DNA of 64,000 nucleotides from Bacteroidota bacterium (lineage in GTDB: Bacteria; Bacteroidota; Ignavibacteria; SZUA-365). Made by a program: the position numbers and the translations under genes. The notes beneath the pieces are model-generated. The model saw only the letters and a list, made by a program, of their open reading frames with translations, searched no databases and was not told the DNA's origin. This document shows positions 55,596 to 64,000 of the stretch, in pieces; position 1 is the stretch's first letter, and every line of letters begins with the position of its first letter. Where the stretch lies: NCBI GenBank assembly GCA_023432805.1, contig JAEYUG010000119.1:32063-96062 (forward strand), in the 5' to 3' direction.

Positions 55596-56487
55596 TCCGC
55601 GCGCTGAGCTGTACCTGTTGAGTATCACCCTCATCTGGGGATCCACATTCGCTGTTTCGAAAATCGTTCTCGCAAGCGTCTCGCCATATGCCTTGCAGAC
55701 GATGCGCTTCACGCTCGCGGCTGCGCTTGTGGGAATCTACACGTGGCGTGACATCCGGGCAACCACGCGCGCGACGCTGTGGTCGGGACTGGTTCTGGGA
55801 ATGCTGCTCGGTCTCGGGTTTCTGCTGCAGACCGTGGGGCTCACGATGACGACAGCATCCCGCACGGGATTCATCACCGGTACCATGGTCGTCTTCACGC
55901 CGCTGTTGCAACTCGTCCTCGAACGGCGTGCCCCCACCGTCGGCAACATCGTCGGAGTCGCACTCGTGCTCGCCGGTCTCGCGATGCTCTCCTCACCGGG
56001 AGCCGGCAGCTTCGGTCTCGGCGACTTGCTCGTACTCGGCTGTGCCATCGTCTTCGCCGTCTATATCGTCTGCATCGACATCTTCACGCGCGAGGCCTTC
56101 CACCGGGAGATCGTGTTCTACCAGTTCATCGCCACCGCACTCGTCGCCCTCGTGGCCATGCCACTTGCAGGGGACTCCGGCTCGTGGACGACACAGGCAT
56201 TCGGGGGAACAGTCTATCTCGCAGTCTTTGCCTCGGCGATCGCGATTTTTGTCCAGTCCAAATACCAGCGCGAAAGCACGCCGACACGCGCGGCGATCAT
56301 TTATTCGATCGAGCCGGTGCTCGCAGCCGCGATCGCGTGGATGCTGATCGGAGAACGTCTCGAGGGGTGGGGACTCGCCGGAGCAGCGGTGATCTTCGTC
56401 GGCTTTCTCGCCTCCGAATTCTGGCCCTCGCACGGGTCTAGGCACGCGCGCTTGCGTGCGTCCTCAGACGACGCCGGTCAGGCTTGA
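55573..56487 (+). CDS. EamA-family (DMT superfamily) transporter
   Basis: Internal ATG of ORF 55510..56487. LLSITLIWGSTFAVSKIVL. About ten hydrophobic segments forming two EamA-like halves. Confidence 0.85.
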   Translation: MTTHAARIPRAELYLLSITLIWGSTFAVSKIVLASVSPYALQTMRFTLAAALVGIYTWRDIRATTRATLWSGLVLGMLLGLGFLLQTVGLTMTTASRTGFITGTMVVFTPLLQLVLERRAPTVGNIVGVALVLAGLAMLSSPGAGSFGLGDLLVLGCAIVFAVYIVCIDIFTREAFHREIVFYQFIATALVALVAMPLAGDSGSWTTQAFGGTVYLAVFASAIAIFVQSKYQRESTPTRAAIIYSIEPVLAAAIAWMLIGERLEGWGLAGAAVIFVGFLASEFWPSHGSRHARLRASSDDAGQA

Positions 56488-57795
56488 GTACGAAACACCG
56501 GGAACGACAATCGCCGGGACGTGCATGGGGAAGGACATGCCCCGCGGCCAGACGGCTTCCGCAGGGGTGCTGCCGGTCAGAAACTTGAGTAAGTAGATGG
56601 GCGTTTCACGGAACATCAAGTTCTGCACCGGACGCGTGATTTTTCCATCCTCAATCAGGAACAGACCGTCGCGTGTCGATCCCGTCAGTAGACAGTTGGC
56701 GGGGTCTTCGACCTGCAGGGCGGCGAAACGACGGACGAGGAGTCCGCGCTTGACGCCCGCAATCAAGGATTCGAGCGTATCGCCGCCTCCCTGCATGCGA
56801 AGATTGCTCGGAGGTGGCACGGGGTCACGACGCAGATGCCGGGCTGCGGCCAGGGAACGTGCAACGGTTTCGATGACGCCTGCACGCACCCAGGTGCGGG
56901 ACCCCACCACCTGTCCATCGCTGGTGAAAGGCAGCGACGGAATGATCGGATCCGCCGGATCGGAACTCAGATGCACCGACGTGGCGAACAGCTCCTGCCC
57001 GAGCCGGGCGGTGCCGTCGAGTCTGACGAGGAAGGACTGCTTCTGCTGGATCGCATCCTCATCGAATTGGCGGATGAGCGGCATGAGAAGATCTGCAACG
57101 GCCGGCGCTTCGAACACGGTGGTGATGCGCTCGGGTGTGATGGCGATGGGATCCTTCCACTCGCTGCACAGCCTGACTGCCCGTGCGGTCATGGCCGCAA
57201 TGTCGAGTGACCGCAGGTCATGGGCCCGCTGCTCGGCGAATCCAGTCGACTTTCCGTCGTGCGAAAAGACCCGCAGCTCGGCATGGGCGACGGTGACCGG
57301 CTGGTAGAGGAACAGTCCGTTCGACGAGGCGAGACAGGTAGCGCTCTCAGATGTCGTCACAGCGCCGGTTGCGAGCTGATCTGCAGAAGCGGTGGCATCG
57401 AGGATGCCTTGCGCCGTCGAAGTGTACCAGGTCGCCGTGGCGGCATCGAGGCTGCCTGCGATGTGCATGGGACTCATCTCCACGTGTATTGCACCTGGGT
57501 AGGGGATGATGCCGGGCGCATCTGTCGCATACGCAGTGCGAGCGACCGTGTCGGCGACGAAGCGAGCCAGCAGGGCACGATCCAGCCGGTTCGTCGTTGC
57601 CATCGCGTAGCGCGCACCCTTGCGCACCGTCACCGTCAGCGAGGCGTTGTGCAGTGTCGTGGCGGGGAACAGGCGTCCCCCGCTGAATGGAACACTTGTC
57701 GTCGAGAGTGCGGTCAAGGAGAGGAAGGTTTCATCTGCGGTCGACAAGGCCAGCGCATCGCGCATGAGCTGTTCGCACTGTGCACGTGTGATCAT
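56464..57795 (-). CDS. PmbA/TldE-like protein (peptidase U62 family), no signal peptide
   Basis: Internal ATG of ORF 56464..58029, overlapping the upstream stop (ATGA at 57792-57795). 443 aa. General PmbA/TldD-family layout with a Gly-rich C-terminal half (RDGLFLIEDGKITRPV...). Confidence 0.75.
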   Translation of the reverse strand: MITRAQCEQLMRDALALSTADETFLSLTALSTTSVPFSGGRLFPATTLHNASLTVTVRKGARYAMATTNRLDRALLARFVADTVARTAYATDAPGIIPYPGAIHVEMSPMHIAGSLDAATATWYTSTAQGILDATASADQLATGAVTTSESATCLASSNGLFLYQPVTVAHAELRVFSHDGKSTGFAEQRAHDLRSLDIAAMTARAVRLCSEWKDPIAITPERITTVFEAPAVADLLMPLIRQFDEDAIQQKQSFLVRLDGTARLGQELFATSVHLSSDPADPIIPSLPFTSDGQVVGSRTWVRAGVIETVARSLAAARHLRRDPVPPPSNLRMQGGGDTLESLIAGVKRGLLVRRFAALQVEDPANCLLTGSTRDGLFLIEDGKITRPVQNLMFRETPIYLLKFLTGSTPAEAVWPRGMSFPMHVPAIVVPGVSYSSLTGVV

Positions 57796-59363
57796 GGACG
57801 GGCCTCCCCATTTGAAAATGTCGAAATGTTGCTGTAACGCGCAGCCGGTGTCGAGATGCTGAAGGGCAGATCCCAGTTCTCGCCCGCCTGGGTGGGGAAG
57901 AGGTCGGCTCCAGCAACAGCGTCGGTCGCAACGGAGACTTCCGCAAGGGCGCCGAAGAAGTCCTTGATCCGCGCCTCGTACTCGAAGTCCCGCACCATCC
58001 CCTTCACAGTGCCATTCTCGATCAGCCATGCCTGTTCACTCGATGCACGGAACCATGAGCGATCGGTGCTGACGTTGAAGAACCCGCGTCCCGCCAGCAG
58101 GATGCCGAGCTGCGTGTCGGCGATGATCGCCTCGAGCGAGCGCGGCGAGGCACTGGGACGCAGACGCAGATTTGGCATCGTGAAGCGGGGCTGACTCTGC
58201 CAGCTCGCTGCACGCACGCGTCCCTGCCCCGAAATGTCGGCAGAATGTGAGGAAAGGGGTCTGGACTGTTCGTCGGGCAGGGGAAACCCGCGATAGATTC
58301 CGTTCTCGACGACGGTCCCCTGACCTGCAGGCCTGCCGCCATCATCCCATCGGAAGCTGCCGGTGCCGCGCCGCAGTGCATCGTCGTAGTCGACGGTCAG
58401 CTGTGCACTGGTGAAGGCCTGGCCACCGATGTCACGCAGGTGCAGGAGGCGGTGTGCGGGGTTTAGTCCATCAGTTGTGTGCACAGCGGCGGGATCGAGC
58501 TGCGGCGCAAGGAGGCGGTGCACGACATGCCAGTGGTGGGAGGGATGCATGACCAGATCGTAGCGCATCGGTGCGAGGGGAGCTGCGGACTGCATGGCGA
58601 CCGCTTCATGCGCGGCGCGCTCGATCTCCTCGAGGAATGGATGCGCATTGACAAGTTCCCATCCCCCGGCCTGCGGTTCGAAGCGGGAGGTGCGCGTGTC
58701 GATACGCCCTGAACTCTGATCGAAGGCGGTGACCGCCGCGTTGACCCATACGTGGGTCAGTTTCTGTGTCAGGTGTGCATCGAGACTGCTGAAGAAGTGC
58801 AATTCGCGGCGTCGGGCGAACATGTTCGCGACGGCATATTCAATGCGCGGTTGCGCGCCGCCCTTGCGTGTGATGTCGCGCAGGAAGCTGGTGATCTCCT
58901 CGACGGGCACGTCGAAGGGATCGCGCACGAGTGGGGTGCTCCAGCTTTCGCGTACACCACGGACGCGGCCTTCCGGTGAGTAGCCGAGGGGTGCGACACG
59001 GGCGGTGACGGCTGCGGCAGCGAGGGCTTCCGCTGCCATGATGCGGGGAGACAGTGTGAAAAGATCACTGCAGGCGGATTGTCCCCATCCTCCATCCCTG
59101 AATACACGCAGTGCGATGCCGGCGTCGTCGCCGTCCATGACCGAATGGATGCGGTCTTTGCGGACTTGTGCATTGCGGTGGGTGGTGATGACGAATCGGG
59201 CGTCCGCGTAGGTGGCGCCCTGCGAGATGGCGGCCTCGACCAGGTCTTCCAGGAGGTCGTCTCCGGGGACGCCGACATGGGTGCGTGGAGCTGCGCATCC
59301 GGCAGGAAGCGAGGCCGCGACCGCGGCCGCACCCGAGAGTGCGAGAAAGTGTCTTCTATCCAT
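57792..59363 (-). CDS. TldD-like protein (peptidase U62 family) with twin-arginine (Tat) signal and possible lipobox
   Basis: 523 aa. MDRRHFLALSGAAAVAASLPAGCAAP (RRxFL Tat motif; LPAGC). C-terminal WLIENGTVKGMVRDF is typical of the family. Confidence 0.8.
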   Translation of the reverse strand: MDRRHFLALSGAAAVAASLPAGCAAPRTHVGVPGDDLLEDLVEAAISQGATYADARFVITTHRNAQVRKDRIHSVMDGDDAGIALRVFRDGGWGQSACSDLFTLSPRIMAAEALAAAAVTARVAPLGYSPEGRVRGVRESWSTPLVRDPFDVPVEEITSFLRDITRKGGAQPRIEYAVANMFARRRELHFFSSLDAHLTQKLTHVWVNAAVTAFDQSSGRIDTRTSRFEPQAGGWELVNAHPFLEEIERAAHEAVAMQSAAPLAPMRYDLVMHPSHHWHVVHRLLAPQLDPAAVHTTDGLNPAHRLLHLRDIGGQAFTSAQLTVDYDDALRRGTGSFRWDDGGRPAGQGTVVENGIYRGFPLPDEQSRPLSSHSADISGQGRVRAASWQSQPRFTMPNLRLRPSASPRSLEAIIADTQLGILLAGRGFFNVSTDRSWFRASSEQAWLIENGTVKGMVRDFEYEARIKDFFGALAEVSVATDAVAGADLFPTQAGENWDLPFSISTPAARYSNISTFSNGEARP

Positions 59364-59444
59364 GGGTCAATCGTTCAAAGTCACTCAAATTACTCGGTGC
59401 GGCCTCAAAGACCAACAACGCGCAGTGCTTTTGGTATATCGCAC

Positions 59445-59738
59445 ATGACATCCTATTTTCTCGTCCATATGGAAGCATGTCATCTCGTGATACGCGGACT
59501 CGTACAGGGCGTCGGTTTCCGCTGGTTCGTCCTGCGCGAAGCAAGTGCCCGTGGACTGAACGGCTATACGCGGAATCTCATGACTGGAGAGGTCGAGGTC
59601 GTGGCAGAGGGAGCGCGGCCGCTGCTCGAACAGCTTCTCGCCGCCGTGCGGATCGGTCCACGATCTGCACATGTGTCTCATGTGGAGGTGACATGGGAAA
59701 TGGCCTCGGGCCGATACACGGGTTTCGACATTCGATAG
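59445..59738 (+). CDS. acyP: Acylphosphatase
   Basis: HLVIRGLVQGVGFRWFVLREASARGLNGYTRNLMTGEVEVVAEG. Start at 59445 or 59469. Confidence 0.85.
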   Translation: MTSYFLVHMEACHLVIRGLVQGVGFRWFVLREASARGLNGYTRNLMTGEVEVVAEGARPLLEQLLAAVRIGPRSAHVSHVEVTWEMASGRYTGFDIR

Positions 59739-59747
59739 GAGCAGATC

Positions 59748-60227
59748 GTGCAGATACGCGTCGGATACGGTTACGACATTCATCGTCTCGAAGCGGGCCG
59801 CCGCTTCATGCTCGGGGGCGTGGATCTTGGCGTGTCGTTTGGCCCCGTTGCGCATTCAGACGGAGATGCGTTGTTGCATGCGCTGTGTGATGCGCTGCTC
59901 GGAGCGGCGGCACTCGGTGACATCGGCCGGCATTTTCCTGATACATCGGAGGAGTTTCGTGGGATATCGAGTCTGGAACTGCTCGAACGAACGCACCGCC
60001 TGCTGCAGGCTGACGGCTGGGGTGTCGGCAATGTGGATGCCACGGTGTTGCTCGAACGGCCGAAGATCGCACCGCACAAAGACGCAATGGTTGCTGCGAT
60101 CGCAGGATGTCTGAACCTCGATGCGAATGCGGTCTCCGTGAAGGCGACGACGATGGAATCCCTCGATGCAATTGGCGAAGGGCGCGGAGTGGCCGCGCAT
60201 GTCATGACCCTGATCCATCGCCTGTGA
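59748..60227 (+). CDS. ispF: 2-C-methyl-D-erythritol 2,4-cyclodiphosphate synthase
   Basis: 159 aa, GTG start. IRVGYGYDIHRL...HSDGDALLHALCDALLGAAALGDIGRHFPDT. Confidence 0.95.
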   Translation: MQIRVGYGYDIHRLEAGRRFMLGGVDLGVSFGPVAHSDGDALLHALCDALLGAAALGDIGRHFPDTSEEFRGISSLELLERTHRLLQADGWGVGNVDATVLLERPKIAPHKDAMVAAIAGCLNLDANAVSVKATTMESLDAIGEGRGVAAHVMTLIHRL

Positions 60228-60228
60228 C

Positions 60229-60870
60229 GTGGAACAGCTGATCGCATTTCTCACATCCGTCGACATGGTGTTTGTCTACGCCGCCGTGTTCCTCATCGCA
60301 TTCATCGAGAACATCTTTCCGCCATTTCCCAGCGACGTCGTGGTTGTTTTTGCAGGGTCGCTCGTCGCGATGGGCGCCGGCAGCGGTATTCTCACGGTGC
60401 TCCTTGCCACAGCCGGGAGCACCATCGGATTTCTCGTCATGTACCGCATTGGTGCTGCAGTTGACAAGCGCGTGATCGAGAAAGGGCGCATACGGTTCAT
60501 CTCGCTGGATCTGGTGCACAAGGTCGAGCGCTGGTTTCGCCATTACGGGTACTGGGTGATCGTCGTCAATCGCTTTCTTGCCGGAACGCGGGCGGTTGTT
60601 TCGTTCGGGGCCGGCATGTCGCACATGCACGTGGTTCCGACCACTCTTCTCAGTGCCGTCAGCGCGCTCGTCTGGAATATTCTGCTTGTGTACATGGGTG
60701 TCATGCTTGGCGACAACTGGCGTAGCATTGGCGGCTACCTGGCCACATACAGCAAGACGGTCAGCGCCATCATTGCGCTCGTGCTCGTCATCTGGTTCTT
60801 GCGCATGTACATTGTCGCACGGCGGTCGAAGACGGAATCCACTTCAGGTACCAAGGGCCAGAACGGTTAA
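60229..60870 (+). CDS. DedA-family membrane protein
   Basis: 213 aa, GTG start. VYAAVFLIAFIENIFPPFPSDVVVVFAG...NRFLAGTRAVVSFGAGM. Confidence 0.85.
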   Translation: MEQLIAFLTSVDMVFVYAAVFLIAFIENIFPPFPSDVVVVFAGSLVAMGAGSGILTVLLATAGSTIGFLVMYRIGAAVDKRVIEKGRIRFISLDLVHKVERWFRHYGYWVIVVNRFLAGTRAVVSFGAGMSHMHVVPTTLLSAVSALVWNILLVYMGVMLGDNWRSIGGYLATYSKTVSAIIALVLVIWFLRMYIVARRSKTESTSGTKGQNG

Positions 60871-61523
60871 TGGACGCACTTAACGGTATCGACCTCTGGT
60901 TCCTTCACCTTGGCAATCAGTTGCTTGCCAATCCCATGGGAGACATCCTCTTTCCATTCCTGACCGAGGTGCGCTTCTTCTACATCCCCTACGCCGTCGC
61001 GCTGCTCACTGTCATGATTGTTTTTCGGAAGCGGGGTGTCATCGCGGTTCTCCTGCTCGTTGTCACGATCGTGGCAAGTGATCAACTCAGCAGCACGGTG
61101 ATCAAGAAGTCCATAGGACGTTCACGACCCTGTCACGAACTCGCATTGGAGCGGGTGGTAACCGTCTTCGATCCCCCGGAAACCAAGGCGGGAGCCGTCG
61201 ACTCGCGTGTACCAGAGATCCGCCTCCTCGTCAATTGTGGAAGCGGCCGCAGCTTCCCCTCGTCGCATGCGGTCAACAACTTCGCGGCTGCCATGCTTTT
61301 TGCGCTCTTCTTCCCCCGTGCCCGCATCTGGTTGTTCACCTTTGCGGCCCTGGTTGCCTATTCGCGCGTCTACGTCGGCGTCCATTATCCCAGCGACATC
61401 CTGGCTGGCGCCGCCATCGGAGCCGGCCTTGCGTGGATCATCGTGCGAAGTGCCGCCAGCCTCATTCCAGCAGTGCGCCGCGTGCTCCCACCACCGCCTG
61501 CGTCCCAGGAGACTTCCGCATGA
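60870..61523 (+). CDS. PAP2-family phosphatase
   Basis: 217 aa. TAATG overlap. KKSIGRSRP...SFPSSHAVNNFA...SRVYVGVHYPSDILAGA (the three PAP2 motifs). Confidence 0.85.
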   Translation: MDALNGIDLWFLHLGNQLLANPMGDILFPFLTEVRFFYIPYAVALLTVMIVFRKRGVIAVLLLVVTIVASDQLSSTVIKKSIGRSRPCHELALERVVTVFDPPETKAGAVDSRVPEIRLLVNCGSGRSFPSSHAVNNFAAAMLFALFFPRARIWLFTFAALVAYSRVYVGVHYPSDILAGAAIGAGLAWIIVRSAASLIPAVRRVLPPPPASQETSA

Positions 61524-63133
61524 CAGATCGTCGCATCAACCTTCAGTTAGCCGTTCTGACCGGAATCCTTCTCGGCGCTGCGTTCCCGCCGATACCGACG
61601 GGAGTGACGGCATTCGTCGGTTTCATTCCCTTCCTCCTCCTGCTCCGTCGAGTGGATTCCGCGGCGCAGACCTTTCGATTCAGCTATCTCACGTTTCTCG
61701 TACTCAATGTGGTGACGGTGTACTGGATCAGTGGATGGTGGGGGAGGGATCCATGGTTGAAAGCTGCAGGTGTTGCGGTCAATCTTGTTCATCCACTGTT
61801 GTTTACGATTCCTGCACTCATGTTGTACCTCGTGCGGAAGCGGTTGGGATGGAACCTCATGCTTGTCGTCTTTCCCTTCCTCTGGGCGGCCTGGGAATGG
61901 CTGGCTCATCTGCCTGAACTTAGTTTTCCATGGCTGATCATCGGCAACACGCAGAGCTATGATATCGAAAAAATCCAGTTCATCGCATGGACGGGTATCT
62001 TCGGGGCGTCATGGTGGATCGCAGCGGTGAACAGCATCCTCGTCGTTCTTGCCGAACGCGTCAGTTCTGGAGCATGGGGATTGCGTTCCCGACAGTCTCT
62101 GCTGACGGTGTCCGCTGCTCTGCTCCTTCTGTTCGTTCCGCATGTGTGGGGAGCGCTCGCGATGCGTGACGGCTCCGATGCTCACATGCTCCGCGTCGGA
62201 ATCGCCCAACCTGACATCGATCCATACGAAAAGTGGTCTGCAGCCTCCGTGCCCATGGACAAGGTGAGGGACCTCATGAATCTCTACGACACGGTCGTGG
62301 ACAGCGGCAATGTGGACCTCGTACTATTTCCGGAAACTGCTTTCCCCTTCCTCATCCGCCAGCCTTCACACCGGGATGAACTCCTCGAAGTGCAGCGGCG
62401 CATTGATCTGAAGGGGGTGCCTTTGCTCAGCGGTTTCGCGGATCTGACCTGGTATGAACCGGATTCCGCACCATCCAGCGCGAAACGCATCCCCGAATCC
62501 GATATCCGCTACGACACATTCAATGCAGCAATGCTGCTTCTCCCCATGAAGACAGAGCAGCAAGTCTATCACAAATCGCGACTTACGCCGCTGAGTGAAC
62601 GTATTCCCTATCTGGACGCATTGCCATTTCTCCAGAATGCACTGTCATGGGGAGTGGGCATCAGCAGCTGGGGACTCGGCAACGACACCACGGTTTTCAC
62701 GCTCGATACGCAAAGGAAATCGGTGCGGATATGGGCGATGATCTGCTACGAAACCCTCTATCCTGAGTTCATCACCGGTTTTACAGATCGCGGAGCAAAC
62801 CTGCTCGCGGTCATCACGAATGACGGCTGGTTCGGTAATTCGTCCGGTCCCTATCAGCTCCAACGCTATGCCGTGCTCCGCGCCATAGAAAACCGCCGAG
62901 CCATCGCCCGCTGCGCAAACAATGGCATCAGCTGTTTCATTGATCCATGGGGACGCGTTTCAGGGGAAACCATTTTTGGAACGCGCACATGGACGGCTGC
63001 TGCCGTTCCCCTCCATGCGGAAGCCTCCTTTTACGTCCGTCATGGGGATTGGTTCTCACACCTCTGCGCAGCATTCACATTGATCGCGCTCCTGGCTTCC
63101 CTTCTCTCAGGGCGGCGGCGATCAGCGAGCTGA
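61520..63133 (+). CDS. lnt: Apolipoprotein N-acyltransferase
   Basis: Internal ATG of ORF 61235..63133 (ATGA overlap with PAP2). Multi-TM N-terminus plus a CN-hydrolase domain: LVLFPETAFP...AMICYETLYPEF...ITNDGWFG. 537 aa. Confidence 0.9.
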   Translation: MTDRRINLQLAVLTGILLGAAFPPIPTGVTAFVGFIPFLLLLRRVDSAAQTFRFSYLTFLVLNVVTVYWISGWWGRDPWLKAAGVAVNLVHPLLFTIPALMLYLVRKRLGWNLMLVVFPFLWAAWEWLAHLPELSFPWLIIGNTQSYDIEKIQFIAWTGIFGASWWIAAVNSILVVLAERVSSGAWGLRSRQSLLTVSAALLLLFVPHVWGALAMRDGSDAHMLRVGIAQPDIDPYEKWSAASVPMDKVRDLMNLYDTVVDSGNVDLVLFPETAFPFLIRQPSHRDELLEVQRRIDLKGVPLLSGFADLTWYEPDSAPSSAKRIPESDIRYDTFNAAMLLLPMKTEQQVYHKSRLTPLSERIPYLDALPFLQNALSWGVGISSWGLGNDTTVFTLDTQRKSVRIWAMICYETLYPEFITGFTDRGANLLAVITNDGWFGNSSGPYQLQRYAVLRAIENRRAIARCANNGISCFIDPWGRVSGETIFGTRTWTAAAVPLHAEASFYVRHGDWFSHLCAAFTLIALLASLLSGRRRSAS

Positions 63134-63160
63134 CATCACGCACATGACACAGGTACTGCA

Positions 63161-64000
63161 ATGATCGATCTGCGAAGCGATACTGTAACACGGCCCACTT
63201 CAGTGATGCGCGCGCGCATGGCCGCTGCCGAAGTTGGCGACGACGTCTATGGTGAGGATCCCGCAGTCAACCGACTGCAACAGAGGATGGCAGAACTGTT
63301 TGGCAAGGAAGAGGCACTCTTCGTTCCTTCAGGTTCAATGGGGAATCAACTTGCAATCAAAGCATGGACGCAGATGGGAGATGAAGTGATTTGTGAAGCA
63401 GAGGCTCACATTTTTCACTATGAGACTGCAGGACCCTCCATCATTTCCGGCGTGCAGTTGCATCCCGTTGCCACCACGCGTGGGACGCTGACCGCGGCCG
63501 GTATTCGCGCTGCGATCCGACCGCCTGAGTATTATTACCCGCGAACGAGCCTTGTGTGCATGGAAAACACGCATAATCGTCACGGCGGGAGCATCATCGC
63601 ACTCGATGCCATGAAGGAGGTCGCGATGGAGGCGCACACCCACGGGCTCGCAGTGCATCTCGATGGCGCCCGCATCTGGAATGCGCATGCTGCCACCGGG
63701 ATTCCGCTCCATGAGTATGCATCCACAGCGGATTCGATCAATGTCTGCTTCAGCAAGGGCCTCGGTGCTCCCGTCGGATCCATGCTCCTCGGACCTCACG
63801 ACATGATTGCGCGCGCGCACCGCTTCCGCAAGGTGCTGGGCGGTGCCATGAGGCAGATCGGCATTCTCGCAGTTGCCGCCGAGCACGCGGTCGATTCCCA
63901 CCTGCCATTGCTCGTCGACGATCATCGACGGGCGGGTGCGTTCGCGACTGCAATCGCCTCTGCCGGACCATGGCATATCGACCTCAGCCTGGTGGAATCA
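63161..64000 (+). CDS. ltaE: Low-specificity L-threonine aldolase (PLP), C-terminally truncated by the window
   Basis: Absent from the ORF track because it runs off the edge. The ATG at 63161 gives [67 protein letters not shown]...[10 protein letters not shown]...[12 protein letters not shown]. Confidence 0.85.
   Translation, partial: MIDLRSDTVTRPTSVMRARMAAAEVGDDVYGEDPAVNRLQQRMAELFGKEEALFVPSGSMGNQLAIKAWTQMGDEVICEAEAHIFHYETAGPSIISGVQLHPVATTRGTLTAAGIRAAIRPPEYYYPRTSLVCMENTHNRHGGSIIALDAMKEVAMEAHTHGLAVHLDGARIWNAHAATGIPLHEYASTADSINVCFSKGLGAPVGSMLLGPHDMIARAHRFRKVLGGAMRQIGILAVAAEHAVDSHLPLLVDDHRRAGAFATAIASAGPWHIDLSLVES

Noticed and set aside
59398-59414. A sigma-54-like TGGTCTTTGAGGCCGCA on the minus strand upstream of the Tat-TldD gene.
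   Set aside because: The GG-to-GC spacing is one nucleotide too long relative to the strict -24/-12 register. I treat it as chance in GC-rich sequence.
1-64000. Mobile elements, prophage, CRISPR arrays, toxin-antitoxin pairs and classic defence genes.
   Set aside because: I saw no transposase, integrase, recombinase, reverse transcriptase, Cas or restriction-modification signatures in any frame of the ORF track, and no direct-repeat arrays. This was a by-eye check only. tRNA and ncRNA scans (tRNAscan-SE, Infernal) were not run.

Overview
By eye this is a dense, high-GC chromosomal segment (about 62-68% GC in most genes, dipping to roughly 50% or lower in two stretches). I resolve about 55 protein-coding genes and see no rRNA, tRNA, CRISPR array, transposase or integrase. 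Intergenic spacers are short, and many gene junctions are 1- or 4-nt overlaps.

Lineage clues point to the Fibrobacteres-Chlorobi-Bacteroidetes (FCB) group; I cannot place it more precisely:
- Three large secreted proteins end in type IX secretion (T9SS) C-terminal sorting domains carrying the (Y/F)PNPFNP motif.
- Gln follows most predicted signal-peptidase-I cleavage sites, and a glutaminyl-cyclase-like lipoprotein is encoded here.
- Bacteroidetes-style TTTG-N20-TAnnTTTG promoter-like motifs are present.

Most content is housekeeping: efp-accB-accC, gcvH, guaA, radC, rarA, holA, uppP, metG, hisS, lgt, birA, a cysteine desulfurase, prmA, ispF, lnt and a threonine aldolase.

Regions worth a second look:
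1. A translationally coupled five-gene envelope cluster at 447-6521: L,D-transpeptidase, two lipoproteins, a FemAB-like transferase and a plug-containing beta-barrel.
2. Two tandem paralogous T9SS thermolysin-like metalloproteases, translationally coupled to the glutaminyl-cyclase-like lipoprotein and preceded by a sigma-54-type -24/-12 motif. Two sigma-54 enhancer-binding response regulators lie in the same window.
3. A lower-GC 1216-aa mosaic T9SS cargo whose metalloprotease motif reads HDLGH instead of HExxH.
4. A Tat-signal TldD-like protein coupled to a signal-less PmbA-like partner.
5. A sugar-nucleotidyltransferase fused to a phosphohexomutase-like module with eroded catalytic motifs.

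All functional calls come from reading motifs in the supplied translations. No database search was run. Start codons are my best choice and may be off by a few codons.
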